Shown: positions 19,248 through 28,557 of the stretch, in pieces
Layout of the letters: each line of letters opens with the position of its first letter
How positions within the stretch are numbered: the first letter of the stretch is position 1
DNA from: Polyangiaceae bacterium
GTDB taxonomy: Bacteria; Myxococcota_A; Polyangia; Polyangiales; Polyangiaceae
NCBI GenBank assembly: GCA_965222375.1
Contig: CBDCTZ010000011.1
Coordinates: forward strand, 384,001 to 448,000
DNA length: 64,000 nt
Direction: 5' to 3'
The notes under the pieces: model-generated
What the model was told of the DNA's origin: nothing
The model's input: the letters and a program-made list of their open reading frames with translations, nothing else
The model's database searches: none
Translations under genes and position numbers: made by a program

Positions 19248-20171
19248 ATGGGAACGGTGCAGCTCGATGATGCGGCAGTGTTCGTCAGCGTGGTGGACGC
19301 TGGTAGCTTCTCCAAAGCCGCGCGGAACCTGTTGCAGCCGAAATCCTCGGTTAGCCGCGCGGTATCGCGGCTGGAGCGAGAGCTCGGAGTCAAACTGCTC
19401 GAACGAACTACCCGCTCTCTGCGGCTAACCGAGGCCGGGAAGCGCTACCACGCCAGCGTGGCGCCAGCGCTCAGCGCCGTACGAGACGCGGAGCGGGAGA
19501 TCGGCGAGCTGGTTCTCGAGGTGTCCGGTGCGCTGCGGGTCACGGCCCCGGCGGACTTCGGTGTAACCCATTTGGCGGATTTGGTCGCGGAGTTCACCGA
19601 GCTGCATCCGAACGTGCGCGTGGAAGTCGTGCTGACGAACCGCACGGTCGATCTTGTGCGCGAGGGTTTCGATCTGGCGTTTCGCTTCGGGCGGCTCGCG
19701 GACTCGTCCTTGATCGCCCGCAAGGTGGGCGAGCTGGGCTCGTGGCTGGTCGCCGCGCCGAGCTACGTGGAGCGAGCCAAGTCTTTGCGTTCGCCTCAGG
19801 ACTTGACCCGGCACGAATGCGTGTTGTTCCGCAGCAGTGACGGAAAGCAGCGCTGGGAACTGAGCTCGAAGCGCGGCAACGCGCGGGTGGATGTGACCGG
19901 AAGAGTTGCGGGCGACGACATGATGTTCATAAAAAGGGCAGCCATGGCTGGTGCGGGAGTGGCGCTGCTGCCCTGGTTCATGTCTAGGGAGGACCTCGAG
20001 GCCGGGAGTCTGGTGCGAGTCCTGCCCGCTTGGGAACAGCGCGGCGGGGGGTTCTACGTCGTGACACCCTCCGCGCGTTTCGTTCCCCGCAAGGTCGCTG
20101 CATTTCGCGACCACCTCCTGAGCCGACTCGCCGAAGCTCAAATGTGGACGGCGCGCGCGAGTCGGGGCTGA
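19248..20171 (+). CDS. LysR family transcriptional regulator
   Basis: GSFSKAAR...SSVSRAV.RLE..LGVKLLERTTRSL.LTEAG; DLVREGFDLA. Confidence 0.95.
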   Translation: MGTVQLDDAAVFVSVVDAGSFSKAARNLLQPKSSVSRAVSRLERELGVKLLERTTRSLRLTEAGKRYHASVAPALSAVRDAEREIGELVLEVSGALRVTAPADFGVTHLADLVAEFTELHPNVRVEVVLTNRTVDLVREGFDLAFRFGRLADSSLIARKVGELGSWLVAAPSYVERAKSLRSPQDLTRHECVLFRSSDGKQRWELSSKRGNARVDVTGRVAGDDMMFIKRAAMAGAGVALLPWFMSREDLEAGSLVRVLPAWEQRGGGFYVVTPSARFVPRKVAAFRDHLLSRLAEAQMWTARASRG

Positions 20172-20174
20172 CGC

Positions 20175-20834
20175 ATGCGCCGTGGGCTTCTGGGATTACT
20201 GCTGGCGACCTTTGTCGGCACTGGGGCGCGAGCGGCGCCAGGCTCGATAGGCTCGGAGCCGTCGGCGGGCCCCGCGCCGGTTTCTGCGCTGCCCCCGGAG
20301 ATCGACCTGGACGCCGTGCCCGCGCGTTTCTCCCGCCCGTCCCCCTGGAAAGCACTGCCTCTGGCGGTGGAAGGGCACGCCGCCCTCGGTGGTCCTTTGG
20401 GATTGCTGGGCGTCGCTGCAGACGTCAGTACTTCGGAAGAGCTTTCCACGGGGATCGGTTTTGGGGTTGCAGAGTCCACGCGCTCCCTGCAGCTGGCCGC
20501 GCTGCTTCGGGTGCGCCTGCTGTTGACCCGCACCTTCGCCACGGGCGCTGAGGGCTCGGTCGGCGTGGGTGACTACGCGGACGACATCGAGTGCAAGAGC
20601 GAGCGCTGCCCACCAACCTATTCATGGCGACCTGCGTTTTGGAGTTCTCTCGGGCTGTTCTTGGAGTCCCGTTCGGATGGTGGGCTCACGGTGCGCGCGG
20701 GCTTCGGAGCAGGCGCGATCATGAATGTTGCGGACGCGCGTTGTAAGCGTTGCGGACCCGCCGACGAGCCGAACATGTGGATCACTACGGTGCCCTACGC
20801 GGGCATCGCCGTGGGGCGGGCGTTCTCATGGTAG
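20175..20834 (+). CDS. Hypothetical exported/outer-membrane protein
   Basis: Signal peptide, amphipathic strands, terminal aromatic residues (AFSW). Confidence 0.65.
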   Translation: MRRGLLGLLLATFVGTGARAAPGSIGSEPSAGPAPVSALPPEIDLDAVPARFSRPSPWKALPLAVEGHAALGGPLGLLGVAADVSTSEELSTGIGFGVAESTRSLQLAALLRVRLLLTRTFATGAEGSVGVGDYADDIECKSERCPPTYSWRPAFWSSLGLFLESRSDGGLTVRAGFGAGAIMNVADARCKRCGPADEPNMWITTVPYAGIAVGRAFSW

Positions 20835-22315
20835 CGCGGATGGCAGCTTGCCTGGTGGGAGTCGCTTCCCTGTTCGTTGCGCGCGTCGCTTGGGCCGCGG
20901 GCCCTTTGGGCGACAATGGTTCCCGCATCCGAACCAGTGCCTACGCCATCGACTTGGCCGCTGGGCCGCCGGTACTCGGTACACGCGCCCTTGGGCTCGG
21001 GGGCGCCTACGTGGCCATTGCGGAAGGCACCGACGGCAACCTGCAAAACCCTGCGGCGCCGGCGGTGCGCTCGGCGCACAGCAAGAACCACGTGGACTAC
21101 GACTTCGGCGTCACACTGACCTTTCCGTCGACTTTCTCCGATTCGGACTTCTTCAATACTGGGCGCGGTCCAACGGACCTGCGGCGCAGCGATCAAAGCG
21201 AGTTCTTGTTGCTCGCGCCCATTGGCAACATCCAAGTTGGCGCATGGGGCGGAGGGCTGGGGCTCGAAGTGCAGCGCTATGGTCTGGTGCGGCGACAGAA
21301 TCCCGAGGTCCAAGGAGAAGAGGAACTCGTCCGCGCGCAGATCAGCGTGCTGCGCACCTACCTGGCCCGAAGCGTCAATCAGGGCCAGATCGTGGCGGGA
21401 ATGGGCCTACATGTCACGAGCTTTGACGTGACGACCCGAGACGAAATCTTCACGCGCTCGGGCAACATCTTCAGCTCCCGAGGAGTGAACCTGGAGGGCG
21501 GCATGCTGTGGCGCCCCAACGACAAGGCGTATCGAGCGGGTTTTGCATTGCGGGCGCCGGTGCTCACTGAGGTCGACTCCCGAGGTCGCGCCATTCGCGG
21601 TGACGTCGTGTTCGGCGATCCAGATTCATCGGACGCTTTCTTCTTTCCGCGTAGCGTGAAACGACCCTGGAGCGCAGACGTGGGCGCGGCGGTGCAGCTC
21701 GGCGACCGGCCTCTCAACCCGGCTTGGATCGATCCCGTCGAGCGGCTCAAAGCGTTGGAGCGTTGGAAGCGGGCTCGTCAGCGCCAGCGTCGCCAGCGCC
21801 TGGCCGAAGCCAAGCGCATTGGTCCTGACATGGCGGCCGCGGTTCAGGCGGACTTGAATGACGAGGCCCGGGCTGACGAAAAGGCCATGGCGGAAGCCGA
21901 GGCGCGGCTCTACGCACGAATCACCCAGCGCTACAATGCGCTGTCCCGTCGCTACGTGTTGCTGTCCTTCGCCCTGCACATCGACGGGCGCGTGCAGTCG
22001 TCGGTGGGCATCGAATCGTTCTTGCAGCAGACCGTGGATCGCAGTGGAGAGCGCGTGACCTACTCGCCTCGAGTGGGGGTCGAAGGTGAGCCCATCGCGA
22101 ACTGGCTCAAAGTGCGCAGTGGTCTCTACGTGGAGCCGAGTCGCTTTCGAGGCGGCGATGCACGGCCCCACGGCACCTTTGGTTTCGATGCGGGGCTATT
22201 CGAGTGGAACGCCTTCGGCTTGGCCAGCCACGACACCCGCTGGCGTTTCGGCGCCGCTCTCGACACCGCCCGCGCCTACTTCGCCTGGGGCGTCAGCGCC
22301 GGAGTCTGGCATTAG
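20828..22315 (+). CDS. Hypothetical outer-membrane protein (FadL/PorV-like N-terminal motif)
   Basis: Signal peptide, RALGLGGAYVAIA...NPAA motif, C-terminal AGVWH. Confidence 0.7.
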   Translation: MVARMAACLVGVASLFVARVAWAAGPLGDNGSRIRTSAYAIDLAAGPPVLGTRALGLGGAYVAIAEGTDGNLQNPAAPAVRSAHSKNHVDYDFGVTLTFPSTFSDSDFFNTGRGPTDLRRSDQSEFLLLAPIGNIQVGAWGGGLGLEVQRYGLVRRQNPEVQGEEELVRAQISVLRTYLARSVNQGQIVAGMGLHVTSFDVTTRDEIFTRSGNIFSSRGVNLEGGMLWRPNDKAYRAGFALRAPVLTEVDSRGRAIRGDVVFGDPDSSDAFFFPRSVKRPWSADVGAAVQLGDRPLNPAWIDPVERLKALERWKRARQRQRRQRLAEAKRIGPDMAAAVQADLNDEARADEKAMAEAEARLYARITQRYNALSRRYVLLSFALHIDGRVQSSVGIESFLQQTVDRSGERVTYSPRVGVEGEPIANWLKVRSGLYVEPSRFRGGDARPHGTFGFDAGLFEWNAFGLASHDTRWRFGAALDTARAYFAWGVSAGVWH

Positions 22316-22317
22316 TT

Positions 22318-23445
22318 GCATCGGATTCTGCGAATCGATGCAACTAATCGCTGTTTGTCGGGAGCACAGCTCCCGCCCCGCTGAAGTGAATTCATCGGGG
22401 CCCCACCCTCAGGTTTCGGTGCCCCAACCCCGAAACGCATCGGATTCTGCGAATCGATGCAACTAATCGCTGTTTGTCGGGAGCACAGCTCCCGCCCCGC
22501 TGAAGTGAATTCATCGGGGCCCCACCCTCAGGTTTCGGTGCCCCAACCCCGAAACGCATCGGATTCTGCGAATCGATGCAACTAATCGCTGTTTGTCGGG
22601 AGCACAGCTCCCGCCCCGCTGAAGTGAATTCATCGGGGCCCCACCCTCAGGTTTCGGTGCCCCAACCCCGAAACGCATCGGATTCTGCGAATCGATGCAA
22701 CTAATCGCTGTTTGTCGGGAGCACAGCTCCCGCCCCGCTGAAGTGAATTCATCGGGGCCCCACCCTCAGGTTTCGGTGCCCCAACCCCGAAACGCATCGG
22801 ATTCTGCGAATCGATGCAACTAATCGCTGTTTGTCGGGAGCACAGCTCCCGCCCCGCTGAAGTGAATTCATCGGGGCCCCACCCTCAGGTTTCGGTGCCC
22901 CAACCCCGAAACGCATCGGATTCTGCGAATCGATGCAACTAATCGCTGTTTGTCGGGAGCACAGCTCCCGCCCCGCTGAAGTGAATTCATCGGGGCCCCA
23001 CCCTCAGGTTTCGGTGCCCCAACCCCGAAACGCATCGGATTCTGCGAATCGATGCAACTAATCGCTGTTTGTCGGGAGCACAGCTCCCGCCCCGCTGAAG
23101 TGAATTCATCGGGGCCCCACCCTCAGGTTTCGGTGCCCCAACCCCGAAACGCATCGGATTCTGCGAATCGATGCAACTAATCGCTGTTTGTCGGGAGCAC
23201 AGCTCCCGCCCCGCTGAAGTGAATTCATCGGGGCCCCACCCTCAGGTTTCGGTGCCCCAACCCCGAAACGCATCGGATTCTGCGAATCGATGCAACTAAT
23301 CGCTGTTTGTCGGGAGCACAGCTCCCGCCCCGCTGAAGTGAATTCATCGGGGCCCCACCCTCAGGTTTCGGTGCCCCAACCCCGAAACGCATCGGATTCT
23401 GCGAATCGATGCAACTAATCGCTGTTTGTCGGGAGCACAGCTCCC
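22318..23445. repeat. Perfect tandem array of a 119-bp multi-hairpin unit (9 full copies plus 57 bp)
   Basis: Unit GCATCGGATTCTGCG...CCCCGAAAC starts at 22318, 22437, 22556 ... 23389; no variable spacers. Confidence 0.97.
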
Positions 23446-23452
23446 CGTGTGG

Positions 23453-24511
23453 CTAGCGTTTGCGGCTTGGGAAGCGGAAGCGGTGGGTGACGGGTACGAA
23501 GCTGAGCAAGTCCATGGCGCGGGTGGTGTAGCCGGTGGTCCAGTTGTTGATGATCAGGGGGTGACCGCTCTTGCCCCGGCTTTCTGAAACCACGCCGACG
23601 TGATCTGGGCCGGGCCGGTTCGGAAAAGTATCCAGGAATACAATATCGCCCGGCAGCAGTGGATCCACTGGGTCATCCAGAGCCGTGCTTCGAGCGGGCC
23701 AGTGGCGCTCGAAGTAGCGAATCACGACTCGCACGCGCCGGTGGTCGATGCTCGCATCGGCTCGCGTCACGCCGTACAGTTTCTTGGCATTCGCGATGTC
23801 CCGCTGAACTTCCGCTTGCAGATCGAGACCTGCGTTGCGGCTGGCTCGCACGATCACGTCCACACACGCGCCGCGATTGCGCGGTGCATCGCCGCCGGGG
23901 AAGGGCATGCTGAAGTAGGCATCGCTATAGCTGGCTCCGTTCAAGGCCGCCTTGGCCGCGCCGATGCGCAAGTCCAAGGGGTCGGCAATGCCGTCGCCAT
24001 CGGCGTCACCCGGTGGTGGTGCCTGACCCGGCGCTAGGGTGGTCAACTTTGCGCTCGCCGCTTCCCGAGCAAGCTCCGCGCGATCGCCGGGCCGAACCCG
24101 AACAGAGGTGCCCGCGATGGTCAGCTGCGTGCCTTTGCCGATTGGGTACACCTTGCGTGGGTGCTCTTCGGAGTAGGCGGTCAGCAGCCCGCGACCCTTG
24201 TCCAATACCAAGCGAGTCACGGCGCGAGGTGCGGGCAGTTGCACGCGGGCATCCAGATCACCGAACACGCCACGGTCAGTCACTCCCAGGGCCGGCTCTT
24301 GGGGCGCCTCGGTGAGCCGTGCTTGAGGCGCCAGCTCCGGCTGGACGCTCAGATCGGAGCCGCCGCTGGCAGCCCCAGCGGTCATAGCGGGTTGCGGCAC
24401 GTGGTGCGGTGCATCTGCTTTGCTGCGCGAACACGCACCGAGGCACAACGTCGCCACTACAGCGCCGCCCAGGCTGAGCTGAGATGACCGGTGCGTGAGG
24501 GCCTGAAGCAC
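23453..24511 (-). CDS. DUF1287 domain lipoprotein
   Basis: GACVDVIVRA.RNAG.DLQ, SIDHRRV, PGDIVF, HVGVVS. Confidence 0.85.
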   Translation of the reverse strand: MLQALTHRSSQLSLGGAVVATLCLGACSRSKADAPHHVPQPAMTAGAASGGSDLSVQPELAPQARLTEAPQEPALGVTDRGVFGDLDARVQLPAPRAVTRLVLDKGRGLLTAYSEEHPRKVYPIGKGTQLTIAGTSVRVRPGDRAELAREAASAKLTTLAPGQAPPPGDADGDGIADPLDLRIGAAKAALNGASYSDAYFSMPFPGGDAPRNRGACVDVIVRASRNAGLDLQAEVQRDIANAKKLYGVTRADASIDHRRVRVVIRYFERHWPARSTALDDPVDPLLPGDIVFLDTFPNRPGPDHVGVVSESRGKSGHPLIINNWTTGYTTRAMDLLSFVPVTHRFRFPSRKR

Positions 24512-24529
24512 CCGGGCAGTATGCCCACT

Positions 24530-25531
24530 TCAGAGCAAACGCGCCCGTCGGGAAATCAACGCGATACTGGCGACGATGAGCACCACCACGACCCAGAAAC
24601 CCAGATATCCATAGCGCCACTCGAGCTCCGGCAGCTGTCGAAAGTTCATGCCATAGACGCCACACAGGAAGGTCAGGGGCAGGAAGATCACGCTGACGAC
24701 CGTGAGCTTCTTCATCACCTCGTTGGTGCGATGTCCAACTAGGGACATGTACAGATTCAGGGAGTTGCTCAGAATGTCCCGGTCCACCAATAGGTCCTGC
24801 AGGACGCGTTCCAGGGTGCCCACCATGTTGGCCAGATAGGGCTGGGTGGCATCACTGATGAAGCGGGACTTGCGGGTCGAGAGATCTGTCAGCACGGCTC
24901 GGGCGGGCAGTACGACTTTTCGGAAGTGAAGCAAGTCGGCGCCCAACTCCGAAATCCGTCCGAACACCTTGTCGTCTACATCTCCGATCAGCTCGGCCTG
25001 CAGCGCCTCGACCCTTTCTTCGAAGCGCTTCTGCACCGCAAGGTAGTTGTCGATCAGGTGGTCCCAGAGTTCATACACCAGGAAGCTCGGGCTCTCCGCG
25101 AATTGGCGGAAGTCTTCGATGTAGTCCTTGTCGAGGGCTTGAAGAAAAACCGCTGGCCCGTCGTGAATCGTCACCAGATAGCGCTCGCCCAACACGGCGT
25201 CTACGCGCTCCAGGTCGAAGTTGCGCCCCACCAAGCGGCAGCCCGAAACGACTATGTGCAGGTGGTCGGCGTAGCGGGCGTGTTGCGTGGCGGGCTCTCG
25301 GGTCAGCGCATCTTCCACTATTTCGTGGCTGAACAGGTCGAGCTCCAGGAGGGTCGCCGCGGGATCTTCGGCCGCGTTGAGGTCCACGTCGATCCACACG
25401 TAGCCGCCCCGGTCCATGGCCGCCTTGGCCTGCTCGAGATTCAGCTCACGCTCGACCTTGGCCTCGAAGTCGAACTCGACGATCCGCAGCGCCTCGGTCC
25501 GAGTCGCGATGGTCTCCCCTCTTTGTCTCAT
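24530..25531 (-). CDS. corA: CorA family Mg2+/Co2+ transporter
   Basis: NEVMKKLT...FLPLTF..GVYGMNF..LPEL signature. Confidence 0.93.
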   Translation of the reverse strand: MRQRGETIATRTEALRIVEFDFEAKVERELNLEQAKAAMDRGGYVWIDVDLNAAEDPAATLLELDLFSHEIVEDALTREPATQHARYADHLHIVVSGCRLVGRNFDLERVDAVLGERYLVTIHDGPAVFLQALDKDYIEDFRQFAESPSFLVYELWDHLIDNYLAVQKRFEERVEALQAELIGDVDDKVFGRISELGADLLHFRKVVLPARAVLTDLSTRKSRFISDATQPYLANMVGTLERVLQDLLVDRDILSNSLNLYMSLVGHRTNEVMKKLTVVSVIFLPLTFLCGVYGMNFRQLPELEWRYGYLGFWVVVVLIVASIALISRRARLL

Positions 25532-25543
25532 GGCTCTTGGCCC

Positions 25544-26065
25544 TTAGTTCGAGATCACGTTGCCGGGAACCCAAGTGGTATGAAAGCCGATGGGGATGCG
25601 CCGGGGCAGTGCGATCTGTGCGATGGGCGCCGCGGTCACGTCTTTCGCGGACAAGACCTGCAGCTCGGAGCGATCCCGGCTGACGTCGTGGACGAATCCG
25701 ACCCAATGACCGTCGTCTTCGTCGCTGCCGCCGCGCCGTGGCACAAACACCATCTCATCCGCGAAGGTGTTGGCGCCGAAGTCATGGACCTGGCTCATCC
25801 CAGCCTCCAGATCGTATTTGATCATGCCGTCGAAGAGCAGGGTCGGCTGGTTGGCGATCCGTGGGTTGTAACTGTAGCGGCTCTTGGCTCCCAATAGGCT
25901 TTCGTTCATGCGGGGAAACTCACTCGCGACATCGTCCAGCTGTTCGATGCTTGCATTCCCGTTGCTCAGGTCGAAACGATACCGATGAAGCTCTGCGGGC
26001 GAGATTTCCTCTGCCAAAGGCGTGTAGGGCTCGCGCAGGTAGGCGCTGGTGTGGTCCTTGCTCAT
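25544..26065 (-). pseudogene. Carotenoid oxygenase (RPE65 family) with large internal in-frame deletion
   Basis: N-terminal YL..PYTPLAEE joined directly to C-terminal LHRYRFDL...EFPRMN...EDDG...RIPIGFH.TW; only 173 aa. Confidence 0.75.
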
Positions 26066-26106
26066 CTCGTTCGTCCTCCGCCGGCGGCGCGGTGGTTTCT
26101 GTTAAC

Positions 26107-27092
26107 ATGACGACCCCCCAGGGGCGAAGCGCCGGGAGCACACGAATCGTGAAGCAGAGCATTTCGAAGAGGGGCGCGCGGATTGCGGGCGTGGGTGCGT
26201 ATCTTCCACGCCGCGTAGTCGGTAACGACGCCTTTTCCGCCGACCGCTTTCGGGTGCCCAGTGCTCTGTCCGAGCGGCGCCACGCGTCCGAAGATGAAAC
26301 CAGCGTGTTGATGGCGACGGAAGCCGCCCGTGGCGCGATAGAACATGCCCAGTGCGCCCGGGAAAAGATCGACTTGGTGATCGGCTTCTCGGGCATGCCG
26401 GACTTCGAATACCCCAAGGATACGAACCTCTTGAAGAAGAGCCTGGGGCTGGCTAGCGCAGCGTGTTGGACCCTGGACACGGCCTGTTCCAGTTTCGTCA
26501 GCACCCTCAAGTGCGCTCATGCCCTCATCGTCGCTGGGCACTATCACAAGGTGCTCATTGTGATGACGATGAGTTGGACCGCGCGCGGCATCGACCGAGC
26601 GAAGACCGACTATGCGACCCTCGGCGACGGCGCAGCGGCGTGCCTGCTGGAGCCCTCGGATGCGGATTGTCTGTTGGGCGTTCGTGAAGAGATTGACCCC
26701 GAGGGCTTCGACTTCGTGAGCCTGAAGTCGCCGTTTGCGAATGGTGCTGACCAGTTCTTCGAGTTCTCGAAGGACGAAAAGTATCGCTCCTACTTCGTGG
26801 ATCGAGCCTTGACCCCCGCGCGCTCGCTGTTGGCGGATGTCGGGTCGGAAGTGACTTGGTTTTTGGGACACCAGGCCAGCCAGCGGTTGCTGCTCAAGTG
26901 GTGTGACGCCTTTTCGATCCCGTCCGAGCGTTGCCTGTCGACTTTCCCGCAGGTTGGCAACATGTCCGCCGTCAACATTCCCCTGACTCTTTCGCACTTT
27001 GTACGAGTTCAGCCTAAGATCAGGGAGATACACTGATGTTCTTCTCGCCAGGCGCTGGAATGCACCTCGCGGCAATGCTGTGGCGCTTCTAG
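26107..27092 (+). pseudogene. 3-oxoacyl-ACP synthase III (FabH-like), frameshifted near the C-terminus
   Basis: ACSSF, HQAS, GNMSA catalytic motifs; stop at 27036, while GDTLMFFSPGAGMHLAAMLWRF* continues in another frame to 27092. Confidence 0.8.
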
Positions 27093-27114
27093 CGTTTCTG
27101 GCCCCAAGCCTGAG

Positions 27115-28410
27115 ATGGAGCAGTACGAGACATTCATCGCTCTTGGCGTAGCGCTCTTGCTGGGGCTGCTGATCGGATTTGAGCGCGAGCAATCCGCGCC
27201 TGAAACCGACACTGGGCGCAAGCAGTTCATCGGCGGTTCCCGGACCTACCCCCTGGTCTCCATGATCGGGGCTTTGTCCATGTTGCTTGTGCCTCAGTTG
27301 GGCAAGGGCGTGGTCCTCGCCGCGTTCGCCGTGATCTTCGTGTTTCTTGCAATCGCCTATGCAGACGACGTCAAGAAGCGCGGCGACCGAGGTCTGACCA
27401 GCGAAGCGGCGTTTTTGATCACGTTCATGCTGGGCGCACTAGCGACGAGCAAGGACGTCATCGAGCCCTTGAATCAGCGCATGATCGTGCTCTCGGCGGT
27501 GGCGGTGGTGGTTACGCTGCTGCTCAGCGCGAAGCCGCGAATACATGCTTTGGCGGAGAAGGCGAGCAAGGACGACGTCTACGCCACGCTGAAGTTTCTC
27601 ATCGTCGCCGTCATCGTTCTGCCACTACTACCCAATCAGACCTTTGGCCCCCTCGATGTCCTGAACCCCTTCAAGGTTGGACTGATGGTCGTGCTCATCG
27701 CCGGTATCGACTTCGTTGGCTATGTGGCGGTGCGGGTGTTGGGCCCTGGTCGCGGGCTTGGGCTAACAGGCATCGTGGGCGGCTTGGCGTCCTCGACTGC
27801 AGTTACCCTCAGCGTGTCCGGCCGAGCCAAGGAAGAGCCCGCCCTGGCGCCCGCTTGTGCGTTGGCGGTGATCACAGCGTCCACGATCATGGTGCCCCGG
27901 GTGCTGGTGGAGGTCGCTGTGGTGCACCGCCCATTGGTGCAGGAGTTGGCCAAGCCATTGGCTGCTATGACGTTGGGCGGCGCCGTTGCGGTCTGGGTCT
28001 TCTATCGGAGGTCTCGCAGCGCCATTGGCCGCAGTACGGACCTCAAGTTGCAGAACCCCTTCGAGCTCACCTCGGCTTTGAAGTGGGGCTTGGTTTTCGT
28101 GGTGGTGCTCTTCGCCGCCAAGTTGCTCCAGAGCCTGTTTGGCGAAAGCGGCGTGTACTTGGCTGGCCTCGTTGCGGGCGCCTCGGACGTGGACGCGATC
28201 ACCCTTTCCATGGCCAGTTTGACCAAGTCTGGCACCGTCGAGTCCAAAGTGGCCGTTACCACCATCATGATCGGTGCCGCTTCGAACACGATTGTGAAGG
28301 GGCTGATGGCCGCGTTCATCGGCGGCTGGCACTACGGCCGCATGGTGCTGATCGGGTTCTCGGGCATGCTCCTGGCGGGGGCGGCCGGCGTCGCCAGTCT
28401 GTGGCTATGA
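27115..28410 (+). CDS. MgtC/SapB family membrane protein with DUF4010
   Basis: GLLIGFERE, GSRTYPL, GLTSEAA, GGLASSTAVT, DVDAITLS. Confidence 0.9.
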   Translation: MEQYETFIALGVALLLGLLIGFEREQSAPETDTGRKQFIGGSRTYPLVSMIGALSMLLVPQLGKGVVLAAFAVIFVFLAIAYADDVKKRGDRGLTSEAAFLITFMLGALATSKDVIEPLNQRMIVLSAVAVVVTLLLSAKPRIHALAEKASKDDVYATLKFLIVAVIVLPLLPNQTFGPLDVLNPFKVGLMVVLIAGIDFVGYVAVRVLGPGRGLGLTGIVGGLASSTAVTLSVSGRAKEEPALAPACALAVITASTIMVPRVLVEVAVVHRPLVQELAKPLAAMTLGGAVAVWVFYRRSRSAIGRSTDLKLQNPFELTSALKWGLVFVVVLFAAKLLQSLFGESGVYLAGLVAGASDVDAITLSMASLTKSGTVESKVAVTTIMIGAASNTIVKGLMAAFIGGWHYGRMVLIGFSGMLLAGAAGVASLWL

Positions 28411-28557
28411 AGAAAGCTGCGTGATTTCAGCGAGTTAACGCGCTGCGGCGATTCCGCCTGGATTTGGGGCGGCGCTTGCTTAACACTCCGCGCCGCACGC
28501 AGTCTGGTTGTCGCGCCCGTCACTGGCGCCCCGGATCTGCGCGCCACGGTGAGAGGC

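Noticed and set aside
22086..22466. ORF running into the repeat array
   Set aside because: It overlaps a real gene out of frame; the 119-bp period is not a multiple of 3 and the unit contains stop codons
22318..23445. CRISPR array
   Set aside because: Units are fully identical with no unique spacers, and no cas genes are recognisable in the window
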